NCBI GenBank assembly: GCA_000388065.2
Contig: KB932206.1
Direction: 5' to 3' (one strand)
Length of the DNA: 64,000 nucleotides
From: Fonticula alba ATCC 38817
Taxonomy: Eukaryota; Protista; Nucleariida
Made by a program: the position numbers and the translations under genes. Numbering within the stretch: position 1 is the first letter of the stretch; each line of letters starts with the position of its first letter. This document shows, one piece after another, positions 1-11,273 of this stretch. The notes under the pieces were generated by a model. That model searched no databases. It was given only the letters and a program-made list of their open reading frames with translations, and had not been told where the DNA came from.

Positions 1-676
1 CGATTGGAGCCAGCTCGCTCAGCCTCTGGGACGATTACAGTTCCCTGGTGTCGGTCCATGCGGTGGACCTTTGGCAGTTGGCTCTCGGCAAGCTGTCCAG
101 CATCCCCTCCTCGGTGGTGACTTCTTGGTCGGAGAATCTGGCCTACTATTTGCGCCAGCAGCAGCAGCAGCAGCAGGCCCAGGCCACGGGCGGTGTGTCG
201 GCAGAATCCGACACATCCCCCGCCAACCCCGCGGCCGGGACCCCGGCAAGTGCTGAGGGTGCTGCTGCTGGGGCTCCCGCCACATCCACCCCGCCCGGTT
301 CCACCAAGCGCCCAATCTCCCCGGCGCGACTGATGAACTTCCTCTATGCACTGGCGCTGAGTCCGTCAAGCAATCCGGCTGCTGCTTTGCAGGCCGCCCG
401 CCAGGCAGCTGCCATCGATTCCGCTGCCACTCCTGTCGCCTCTGCCACTGCCACTACCACTGCCACTACTACTGCTACGGCTGCTGGTGCTGCTGGTGCT
501 GCTGCTGCCGCGGCCGCTCCCGCGACCAAGTCTCTTCACACGCCACAGCAGCAGCAGCAGTTTGTCCGTCAAACGGTCACAATCGAAATGCGGCCCGGCC
601 GCAAGCGCGATCGGATGCTTTTCAACTTCTGGGTCCCCATGCTCATTTGTATGTTTCCTCTCCTCTGCCTCTTGCC

Positions 677-711
<35 letters not shown>

Positions 712-1065
712 TCGCTTCCTCGCCGTCTGACCATGGACATCTCAAAACCACCTCCCATCATCATCGCCATCCTCCTCGACGCGACTCCACCCCGCCCAGC
801 CTTCTTCGGTATCATGTTCCTCCTCAAGCTGGTCCCCTTCCTTTATCATAGCTACCACTCGGCCATGGTTGGGAGGACCGCCGCGGTCTCCGTTGCCGAC
901 AAGCTGGCTGCCGTACCGGCCTCGACGGCGGCCGCCGTCGAGCAGGCCGCCACGAGCGTGGTCGAGAAGACCTCCGAGCATGCTGGCATTACGTCCTTCG
1001 TATCCGACACTGTCTCGCGCTTGATGGATCTCTTCCATAGCCAGGCGCCGATCATTGCCACCTAG
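1..1065 (+). CDS. Hypothetical protein with a C-terminal transmembrane helix; 5' end lies outside the window; one intron at 649-799
   Basis: The frame is open from the window start (DWSQLAQPLGRLQFLVSVHAVDLWQL...) and has Q/A/T low-complexity tracts. Splicing GTATGT (649) to CAG (799) joins the two ORFs into the hydrophobic stretch MLFNFWVPMLISFFGIMFLLKLVPFLY. Stop is at 1063-1065. No family recognised. Confidence 0.55.
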
Positions 1066-1504
1066 CATTTACGTTGGCGGCTTTCCTTTCCTTGTATCCA
1101 ATCAACCGATCCCTCTGTGGGAGGGACGAATGCAAATGCAATTGCTTGTAGATTACCTCTTCCCCCATCCATGTTGTACATGCCAGAAAATGGGCTCAAG
1201 TTGGTGTTGGCGCGCGCATGGGGCTGGTGCCCTGCGTTGTGTGTGTATGTGTGTGTGTGTGTGTATGTGTGTGGATGCGGTCTCGGCCACCGGGATCAAT
1301 CGTGTTACCCGGAGAAGGCATCATCATAAAGCACTGGCGGACTGAGGACGAGGGGCCTCGCATGGCGTAGAACAGAAGAAAAGATAGCTGAGTGGCCGTG
1401 TGGCCGTGTGGCCACGCCGCAACGGGAAAGGAAAAGGCTCGGGTGGAGAGCAGGAGCCAAGCGGCGGGGACAGAGGGGGAACACATCCACCAAACGGGGA
1501 TCTG

Positions 1505-1570
1505 TGTGTGTGCGTGTGTGCGTGCGTGCGTGCGTGCGTGCGTGCGTGTGTGTGTGTGTGTGTGTGTGTG
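1505..1570. repeat. (GT)n/(GCGT)n microsatellite
   Basis: tgtgtgtgtgcgtgtgtgcgtgcgtgcg...gtgtgtg seen directly. Confidence 0.9.
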
Positions 1571-3184
1571 GATGGGCGGGAGGGCGTGGAAGTCTCCATC
1601 ACTTGTGAGAGGCGAAAGAAAAAAAAACGCACACCCAAGGCCACACAGGCTCGACCCCTGAGGGAGTCCGATCATCGGAAAGGGGTTCGGCTCATGAAGC
1701 CCTGGGGATCAGGGGGGCCGGCGCGCGAGCCACAGCCACGGCTGGCCCGGTGCGCCGGCACCACGCTCCTGGCGATCGGGAATACCATCAACCCCGACCG
1801 GGCCGACGGGCTGACCCGGTGTGGGAACATGCTGCGGTCCTCGGCCAGGCCTCCCGGGTTCCCGGGAGGCCAGTTGTGTAGCCAGGCGGCAGGCGGGAGG
1901 GCGGGGGGGGGGGGGGACAGCAACACGGGGGCAGTTGGCTGGCCGGGGAGTGGTCGCCATTTTTGGGGCTGGGGACCGCGGGGCCCGACACCGGGGCGCG
2001 TCTCGGTCGGGACCCGGCTGCCCGGGGGAGTTGAGCGGGGCCCTGTCGCCAACCCTCTCCTGGTGTCCGCACGCGCCACTGCCCCAATGTTGGGGCGCGC
2101 CCCGGGCGTCTTTCCCCCGGGCGGCTGTTTCAGTTCCCCGGCCTCCTCGCTGACGACGCCCGGCGCTGGAGGGCGAGGGACACATGTGCGGGTCTCCGCT
2201 CGCCAGCTTCCTGTGGCCGGCCGGCCCCCCCCCCCCCCGGCCCTGCCGGAACACGCGGCGAGAGGGATACGCCCCCGGCCGGGGGACGCGCGGAGGGGCC
2301 TGGCCTTATCCATCATCAGTGGGCACCTAGGTCGGGGCGCAGCCGGGGGACCGCGTCCCAATGATTCCTGCGGCTTCGGTCGCCGGAAGATCTTTCCCTG
2401 CCGGGCCTTTCCCCGGCCGAGGAGAGCGAGTTCGCCCCAGGGGGCCAATGGCTGGTGCCCGCTGACCCGGGTAGCGCGGGGCATGTGGCCGAGAAACGGC
2501 AGGAGCGCAGGCAAGAGGCGCCGGCATCCTGCTGCCGCGTGTCCTCCTCCTGTGTGTCGACAAGCACGGGCATGAGGCCGGTGCCTCGGTCCTGGGCCGA
2601 TCTGTTCCGTGGCCTGCCCGCCTGTTGCCCCGGCCTCCTCGGCTCCGGCCCCTTCCCCGCGCCGGGGGCCGAGGCCCAGCGGCGCCTGTGAAAGAGCAAT
2701 CCCCGCGCGGGCATGGTTTTTTTTTTTTTTCGGTCGCAGCGATGCCCCTTCTCGGCCGGGGCGGGCTTCGATTGGCAAGTCTCCCCCCCCCCCCCCGGCC
2801 GCAGAGCTGGCTATGGCTGGACAAGCTCGCCAAGGTGGTCCTCTCTCAACGTGGACGCTGGCGCCCGGCTGCGGAGCTTCCTTTTTTCCCTGACCTCTCC
2901 CCCTGCTCGGCTTCCATGGCCGCGAGGAGCCGGACCGTGGTGACCTGCCCTCGCCAGCAGCCCAGGCCATCTCCCTGGGTGAAACTCCCAAGGGGAGGCG
3001 CCTCGCCTTCGTCGTAACCAGGCGACGGTCCTCCCTCCCCTCCTTCTCCCNNNNNNNNNNNNNNNNNNNNNNNNNNNNNNNNNNNNNNNNNNNNNNNNNN
3101 NNNNNNNNNNNNNNNNNNNNNNNNNNNNNNNNNNNNNNNNNNNNNNNNNNNNNNNNNNNNNCCTCCTCTTACCCATTCGAAAGC

Positions 3185-5542
3185 ATGTCGACCAGCCTGG
3201 CTCTTGCCCCCGGGCTCGGCCCCCTGGCCTTGGTGGCCGTTGGTGCGGCCTTCATCCTGTATCGCTTGTCGCAGGCCGTTTCCCGGCCCCGGCCCCAGGG
3301 CGGCTACCATGCCGGCCTCCCGCATGCCGGCCCGACGCCCGGCGGGGCTGCAACCACCACGCCGCTCGCCTGCTCGGATTATGAGCGCATGCTGCTCACC
3401 GTCCCGCCAGCGCAGGCCCCCTTCGTGCCGACGGGACAGGTCCGCTGCCTTCCCGGGGACTGCCCCCTGGGCCAGCGTGCCCGCATGGACCCCCAGGCCC
3501 TGTCTCGCGACTCCACCACCGACACCGTGCGGCTCCCTCTGGATGAGGTGACCCGACGCCTGCCGGCCCTGCTATACTCCTTCCTGCCGCTGAATCTCCT
3601 TTCGCGTGGCTGGGGCTGGCTCACTTCCCTCCCTGTGCCGGTTTCCCTCCGCGGGCCACTCTACCATGGCTGGCTGCACTACTTCGCCGGGCACCCGGAG
3701 GAGATGCAGCTCCCGGCCGAGGCGTACCGCTCGCTTGGGGACTTCTTCGTGCGGCACCTGCGTCCGGGGGTGCGTGCCATCGGGCCCGATGTGACCGGCC
3801 CCCTGGACGCGGCCCCTCAGCTTGGGGCGCTCTCCTGCCCGGCGGATGGCCGTGTCATGAGCGCCCAGCCGGTCACCGGCAACCTCCTCGAGCAGATCAA
3901 GGGATCGCACTATGTCCTCAGTGCCTTCCTCGGGGAGGACATCATCCAGGAGCACCTCGACACTCAGGCCGCCGCTGCCGCCGGGGCTACCGCCACTCCC
4001 GCACGGCGTCTGTACCAGATCGTCATTTATCTCGGCCCCGGGGATTACCACCGGTTCCACTCGCCGGCCGCCTGGTCCGTGCGCCAGCGGCGTCACTTCC
4101 CCGGCGAGCTGTGGTCCGTCAGCCCGGCGGTTGTGCGCAAAGTTCGCGGCCTCTTCAACCACAATGAGCGCGTGGTCTACTCCGGGGACTGGGCCCATGG
4201 CCGGATGACCTTCTCGGCCATCGGCGCCACCAATGTCGGGTCCATTCGCATCAACATCGACCCGGCCCTGCGGACCAATCGCGCCAATTATGCCCCCACC
4301 GCCCAATGGTTCCGCGCCTCGCCGCCCGACTGCCTGGACTTCACTGCCACCGGTGCCCGGGCTGGCGGCACCACCCACAGTCTTGTCACCGCCGATGCCT
4401 CCTCGCCCTCCTCATACCTGTCCTTCCCGACGCCGGTCATGTCGGCCGATCGGGACCTCAACACCGGTCCACTTGCCGCCGGTGGCATTCCCCCCACCCC
4501 GGAGCAGACCCCTGGCGCGTCCCCCTCCCTGAATGATGACCCGAGCCTGGTCGCAAGCAAGACTGCCATTGGTGGTGCCCAATTGCCCGCCGGTGTGGCG
4601 GTTGCTCGCAGCGAGGAATTCGGCTGCTTCCTGCTTGGCAGCTGCGTGGTCCTGGTCTTCGAGGCGGCCCCCNNNNNNNNNNNNNNNNNNNNNNNNNNNN
4701 NNNNNNNNNNCCCCCCCCCTGCGTGGGGTATCTTCCCACAGACATGATCAGCATGATCGAGCTCGACTTCACGCCCGGCGCCTGCTGCTTCGCCTTCCAG
4801 CCGGGTGACGCAGTCACCACACTCCTGGTGTACGTTCATCCCGGCCCCTTGCGATGGTTCCCCACCACCGTGCCACTCTCTGACAGCTTGGGCCTCCTCC
4901 TTGCCATGTCCAGCTCGAGTCTCGATTCGCGTGACATCCATGTGTTTGACGCCCGTGGCGGGTCGTCGGTTCCCCTGCGGACTTTCAAGATTCACCGGAG
5001 CCCGACACACCTCATGAAGGTGCGCCAGCCATTTGCGCCTCCCTCGGCTGCTCTTCTCCACGCCCTCCCCGTCCACCGACACCATGTGCTCATGCTTCTT
5101 CCTGTTGTCTTGTTCGACCCGGCGGCTTAGTTCGACCCTGTGCACAATCTCGTGGTGAGCGCCGACCGTCGGGGTCATTTCGAAATTTGGGACCCCATCA
5201 CCGGCGACATGCCGGAAGATGGCCCCCTTACCTTCCAATCGAAGCTGGACACCGACCTCTTCGCCCTGGTCACGGCCGGCACCACTCCGACGTCCATCAG
5301 CATTTCCCCCCATGGCAAGGTACAGCCCAGGGCCTTGCCATGCTCTTGTCACTCGTGCCGGACACACCCACACCCGCCCCCACACACTGACCCTTCCTCC
5401 GATTGGTTTGCCATAGCTTTTCGCCACTCTGAGTCTGGACCGTGTGGTTCGTGTGTTTGAGCTCCTTTCCGGCAAGATGATCCGCAGTTACGACGAATCG
5501 CTACGTGTTATCGAGGAGATGCAGCAGGTCCGTCCATTCGTC

Positions 5543-5590
<48 letters not shown>

Positions 5591-5921
5591 CCCCCCCCCC
5601 CCCCTCCCCCCCCCCCCCCCCCCCCCCCGGTCTCTCCCCGCCCATGTGTCACCCCGCCTCTCCCTGCCGCCCCCTGCCGCCCCCCATGGCTCCTTCGGCT
5701 TTTCCGTGTCTCCCCTTCTCTCTGCTACATTTCCTGCCCCCGCCCCCCGGCCACCAGTCTAACCTCGTTCGGGTCCCCCGCGAATGCCCAGGTTCCTCGT
5801 GCAGCCCGGAGACAAGGTTCAAGTTGGCCAGCTGCTCGGATACCATGCCGATCAGACGCTCCCGGCCGCCGCGGCACCCGCCCTCAAGCGCCCGAGCGCC
5901 CCTTCTCTTTCTTTCGATTAG
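3185..5921 (+). CDS. PSD1: Phosphatidylserine decarboxylase proenzyme (type I). Main exon 3185 to ~4672 runs into an N-gap; terminal exon ~5792-5921
   Basis: Family motifs are present: LGDFFVRHLRPG, CPADG, YLGPGDYHRFHSP, NERVV, IGATNVGSI and the cleavage motif LGS(C)VVLVFEA. The typical C-terminus FLVQPGDKVQVGQLLG follows CCCAG at 5791, with stop TAG at 5919-5921. Confidence 0.93.
4742..5527 (+). CDS. PPWD1: Displaced middle exon block of PPWD1 (WD40 region)
   Basis: Translates to DMISMIELDFTPG...DRRGHFEIWD...DTDLFALV...PTSISISPHGK...DRVVRVFELLSGKMIRSYDESL, the central part of PPWD1. Splice phases fit the donor at 7471 and the acceptor at 7722. Confidence 0.88.
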
Positions 5922-6526
5922 ACGTCACATGCCAAATATACGACACGCGACATGTTCCCTGATCACGCGCAGCGAGATACACATCCATGGGCACCTATCC
6001 GTGCATCGTGCGCTTGTGTGTGTGTGCGCGCGCGCGCGCGCGTTTGTATTCCCGCGCGCTGGTGCGGCTCTGCCTGTTCGTGTGCGCGCACGGCCCCGGG
6101 CCGTCCGCCTGACTGGTCCTGGTCTTTGCTAGGGGGTCCAGGATTGCGGGGGATGTGCGTTGGGGACCGGTGGGCGAGGCGCATGCTCGTTGGATGCTCC
6201 CGGCAAGAGGGCCTTGATTGGTGTATGTGCTTGTGCTTGTGCTTGTGTGTGTGTGTGGGGGGGGGAGGGAGGGGGAGGGGGAGGCGGTGCAACGGGTGCC
6301 CCTCTTCCCCCGCCTCACCCCCTCTCGCGGAAGCCCTGCCGCCAGGTGGTTGGCGGTGCCTCTCATGGCCAGCCATGCTGCCGGGGACAGCCCTTGAGAC
6401 TGCTTGCCATGAGCATTCCTTCCTCTTCCTTCCACTCGTTCCGTTCCACCCTGCCCACCTTTTCTTCCCTGCCCCCCCCCCTGCTATCTTCCCCCCTTGT
6501 CCCGCCGTTTTTCCCTCTCGCTCAGC

Positions 6527-9140
6527 ATGACGGGCACCGACTCTGCGGATTCCCAGACCGCCCAGCCACCCACCGCCACCGGACTGGAGGACCAGGCCCC
6601 AGCCGGGAAGCGCTCCCTCCGTGATGCCGGACTGGCGAGCGAGGAGGACACCGGCCTGTCGGCAGGGCCCACCACTGCCCCTGCCGCCGGCAGCAGCGAC
6701 AGCAACAGTGACGATGACGATGACGATGATGATGACTTTGGCCCCTCGCTGAGCGTGGTGAAGCAGGCTCCCAAGCGCGTAAAGAGTATGTCCTGGCCCT
6801 TGCTGACCTAGCCCTCCCTTGCCGGCGACTGACCCTCTCTCCATCTCCCCGCTGGATTCGTCCTTCTGGCCCAAGCTCTTGCGCATGAGAATCTCTTCCT
6901 CGATGCCCTGCCCTCGGCACAGCTTTACGAGAAGAGCTACATGCACCGTGATGTGATTTCCTTCACCACTGTCACCTCGTGCGTCACTTGCCCAGACATG
7001 CCGACGGCTATGCCCCGCTTCTATCTTGGGGATTGCTGTCGACCTTCGGCCGCCATCGCCACCACCACCATCACCGCACCTCTCGGCCCCCCGGTCTTAC
7101 CAATGCCCCCACCATCATCCTGACGGACCCCTCCCCCTCCCCCTCCCTCTCCCTCTCTCTTCCCCCCCTCCCTCTCGGCAGGAGCGACTTCGTTATCACC
7201 ACCAGCAATGACGGAATTGTCAAGTTCTGGAAGAAGAACAAAATTGGCATTGAGTTTGTCAAGACCTTCCGTGCCCACCTCAGTGCGCATGCGTTTGCCG
7301 CCTGGTCATCTCGCCTTCCCCCCTCCCCCGTTCTGACCGTTTCTTCTTCTTCTTCTTCTTCTTTGTGGTTGCAGAGCCCATCACTGCGGTGGATGCTAGC
7401 CGTGATGGATCCCTCTTTGTGTCAGCTTCATCGGACAAATTTGTCAAGATCTTTGATGTGGTCAACTTCGGTGCGTGTGGCCGGGCTGCTCCACCGCCGG
7501 CCCCCTGCCATCCTCTCCTCCTGAAACCATGCTCCTGACCTTGCCCCGTTCTCTCCTCCCCCCCCCCCCCCCCCCCCCCCCCNNNNNNNNNNNNNNNNNN
7601 NNNNNNNNNNNNNNNNNNNNNNNGGTCCGTCCATTCGTCGTGCCCCCCCCCCCCCCCTCTCGCCCGTACCGCCCCGGTGTCCTTCCCCTCCGGCCACTCT
7701 GACGCTCCATCCACCCTTCCAGGCTGGCACTGCGCACATCCAGCTGGATAGCATGGAGTTTGGCTTGCGCCTTGCAAAGGACCGCGAGCTGGACAAGCCG
7801 AACTCCGCCCTCAGTTCCGTGAACACTGGTGCGCTTTTGGAACTTCGCAGCATGCTGCCACCGGGGTGTTGCCATGCCGCCGGTGCCCCTGCTTGACTTA
7901 CTCACCTCACCTCGGTGGGCTTTTCAGTTTTCGATGACAGCGGAAACTTCCTCCTCTATCCGACTCTCCTCGGCATCAAAGGTATGTGCCTTGCACGTCA
8001 TGTCCCTTGGTGCACCCGCGTCACCGCCCCTCCTCGCGCTTTTTTTTTCTCGCGCCCCTCCTGACCCTGCTCTTCGCCCCCGTGAAGTGGTCAACATCGT
8101 GACCAACCGTGTTGTTCGTATCCTCGGCCATGGCGAGAATGCCGCACGCTTCCTTCACATCTCCCTCCATCAAGGCGCTCTCAAGGGCAAGTCCGCTGCC
8201 ACCCTGGTTCGTTACCCCCCTCCCCCCGCTCCCCCTCCGCATTCAAGCCAAGCACACTCGTGTCACGGCTTCTGACCCTCATCCCCTGGAACCCCCTCGT
8301 CCTCTCAAATCGTGCAGGATATGCTTGCCTCGGACAATCCCGCGCTGAAAGCCGCGCGCGAGACCGATCCCACGGTCTTCGCCACCGCCTTGAAGATGAA
8401 GCGCTTTTTCATGCTCACCACTCGAGAGCCTGGTGACCTTGATGGCGATGCGTGCGTCTTGTCCCCTGTTTCTTGTCATCCTCCGTTCTGCACTGGGGAG
8501 TGTCCCCTTTTGTTCTCTCTCTCTCTCTCTCTCTCTGCCTCCTCCTCTCGCTCTCCTTCTTACCACGTCCCACTTTGCCAGTGCTGCTCGTGATGTTCTA
8601 AATGAGCGTCCAGCCGGGACTGCGGCCACCGCGGCCGCAAGCTCGGTCAATGTGGCTTCCCTGCCGACGACCGTGGTCTTGCACACCTCGCGCGGGGACA
8701 TTGTCCTGGAGCTTTTCCCCACGGTGGCTCCTCGGACGGTGGAGAACTTCACCACCCACGTTCGCCGTGGGTACTACACCAACATCCTCTTCCACCGGGT
8801 CATCCGGGGGTTCATGGTGCAGACTGGTGACCCGACTGGCACCGGTTTCGGCGGGCAGTCCATCTGGGGTGGAACCTTCGCCGATGAGTTCAGCGCCGAT
8901 CCGCGCGCTCGGCATGACCGGCCCTTCGTCCTGTCGATGGCCAATTCCGGTCCCGGCACCAATGGCTCGCAGTTCTTCATCACCACCGCCCCGGCTCCTC
9001 ACCTGGACAACAAGCATACCGTCTTCGGGCGGGTGGCATCCGGGTCGGAGGTTGTCACGGACATCGAGCATGTGCGTGTTGATCGTGAGGACCGTCCCCT
9101 GGACGAGGTGCGCATCCTGAGCTCCTCGGTGCGGGACTGA
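6527..9140 (+). CDS. PPWD1: Peptidyl-prolyl isomerase domain and WD-repeat protein 1 (spliceosomal cyclophilin); 5' and 3' exons, multi-intron
   Basis: [57 protein letters not shown] and a full cyclophilin domain ([56 protein letters not shown]). Confidence 0.95.
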
Positions 9141-9506
9141 GGCACTTGCTCTCCCTCCTCCCACGGGAAGTCTGCCCACGGACACACACGCGCGCGCGCG
9201 CGCACGCACGCACGGACACACACACACACACATGCTCCTTCGAAAGCCCTCTCGGAGATTTCCCCAATGCTCCTGTACACATGCATGTGTAAGTGCTTCG
9301 GGGCGATGGCACATAAATACACACACGTTCACACAGTCACACACGCACACACACACACACATGCATAAACATATGTACATGTTTTAGCCAAGAATATGGG
9401 GCAGCCTTGCCTGCTGGGATGGGACCACTTTCTATTTCTGGCGAGATCCTACGAGTAGGAAGGGAATGTGGCAAGGCGACAGAGAAGGAAGGGCCAGGAG
9501 ACCGTT

Positions 9507-11273
9507 CTATTCCTCATCGGAGTCGGCCTCTGACCAAACCACCTCGACCTGGTCGCGAGCCGGGGGGACGATGTCGCTGACAAAGCTTGCTGCCTGCTCG
9601 ATGACAGACGCCTGATGGGCAAAAAGCGTGTCCTGGCCGGGGTGCGAGTTGATCTCGGCCTGGGAATGGGAGAAGGGCGCGGACAGGAGAGGGCAGAGAT
9701 GGGGGAGCGTCAGAGTGGGCAAACAAAAGACCGATGCTCGAAAGGGAGAGAGACGCAGAGAGAGGGAGAGGGACAAGGGGGGGAGGGGGGGGGGGGACAG
9801 GATGGGAGAAGCCCAACCCGGGCAATTCCCCCATGCGTACCAGGAACGGATCGCGCACATCGGTGCGGACACCGAGCAGCTCCTCACACACGGCCAGCGC
9901 ACAGAAAGGTACATAGTAGTCACAGTAGCCCCCCTCGTGGCAGACGGCCACACGCCCCTGGCAGCTGGCGGATGCATCGGCGAAGTCCACCAGCGTCCGG
10001 GTGAAATACCGATAGTCATTGGACCCGAGCATCATGCGAGAGAGTGCTGAAGAGGACCGATGGGTGAGTGGCGCGCAAGAACCAATGCCCGGGCGGGAGA
10101 GCGACACCGATCACCGAGGTGGCGAGGGCACAACGCACGATCGTAGAAGGACGCATCGAAGCCAGCCGAAACGACGATCAGCTGCGGGTCATACGCCTTC
10201 AGGGCGGGCAGAACCACGCGGTCCCAGGTGGTCTTGTAGTCGGTCTGCCCGGCTCCCGGCCACAGGGGGACATTAATGTTGTAGGAGGCCCCCGAGGGGC
10301 CGGCGCCACGCTCATCAAGCTCCCCCGACTTCCGGGGGTAATTGCCGGCTTGGTGAATGGACACCGTGAGTACGGCATCGCTGTCGTAGAAGATGCTTTG
10401 CGTGCCATTGCCATGGTGCACATCGAAGTCCACGACGGCCACCCGGGCAAATTTGTAGTGCTGTTGCCGGGAGGGGCGGTTAGCCACACGGAGGCGCCAA
10501 GGGGGGAAGGGGGGGGGGGTGGAGGACACCAACCGATTGAGGATCGCGGGAGGTGACAGAGGAAGAGAAAGACAGGCAGAGCACGCACGGCTTGTGCGTG
10601 GCGAACAGCCATGGCCACATTTGACAGGAGACAGTAGCCGCGCGCGCGGTCGCGTTCGGCATGGTGGCCAGCTGGACGAACCAGCGCGTAGCCATTCCGA
10701 ATCCGACCCGAGCACACAGCATCCACCAGCTCGATGCACGAGCCGGCCGCCGCCCGAGCAACATCGAAGGACCCACTGCAGGAAAGAAGAGCAGAGAGAG
10801 AGAGTGTGTGTGTGCGTGTGTGTGTGCGTGTGTGTGTGTGTGTGGAAAAGAGCCCGGAGAGGATGTCAGTCAAGGTGGAAGATTGATGGGATCCGCGAGC
10901 AGGGAGGAGGCGGCGTCGCGCAAAGGACGGACATTCCACAGGGTGCCTCGTCGCCAGCTTCACCCCCAATGAGATTAAGTCGCGTGAGGTGGCGAATGTG
11001 TGCCAGCGAGTGAGCCCGGCGCATCTCCCGGTGCGTAGCCACCCGCAGGGGCAGGCGCAGCCAGCCCGGCGCGTCGGGCATCTCAGGATGCGGGATGGAC
11101 AGGAGCCCCGAGGCTTGGAGCATGTTGAGCACGCGCAGCCGGGTCGCCGGGGTATCCATGTGTGGGGTGGGCTCCAAGTAGGGGCAGGGCAGATCTCCCT
11201 CGAGCAGACCGGAGTTATGATCGAGACAGCGCTCGTCAAAGATGAAGCCACTTGGCCGTGCAGTGGGAGACAT
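9507..11273 (-). CDS. Zn-dependent histone-deacetylase-like amidohydrolase (bacterial HDAH / acetylpolyamine-amidohydrolase type), about 5 exons
   Basis: RPAGHHA, GYCLLSN, VAVVDFDVHHGNGTQ, SIHQ, NINVPL, SAGFDASFYD|PLSRM and HEGGYCDYYVPFCALAVCEE. Splice junctions restore CGI|GSFD and D|PLSR in frame. Confidence 0.92.

Noticed and set aside
1400-3050. 391-aa and 439-aa ORFs on opposite strands
   Set aside because: Pro/Arg/Gly-rich translations running through microsatellites and homopolymers; no domain or codon structure.
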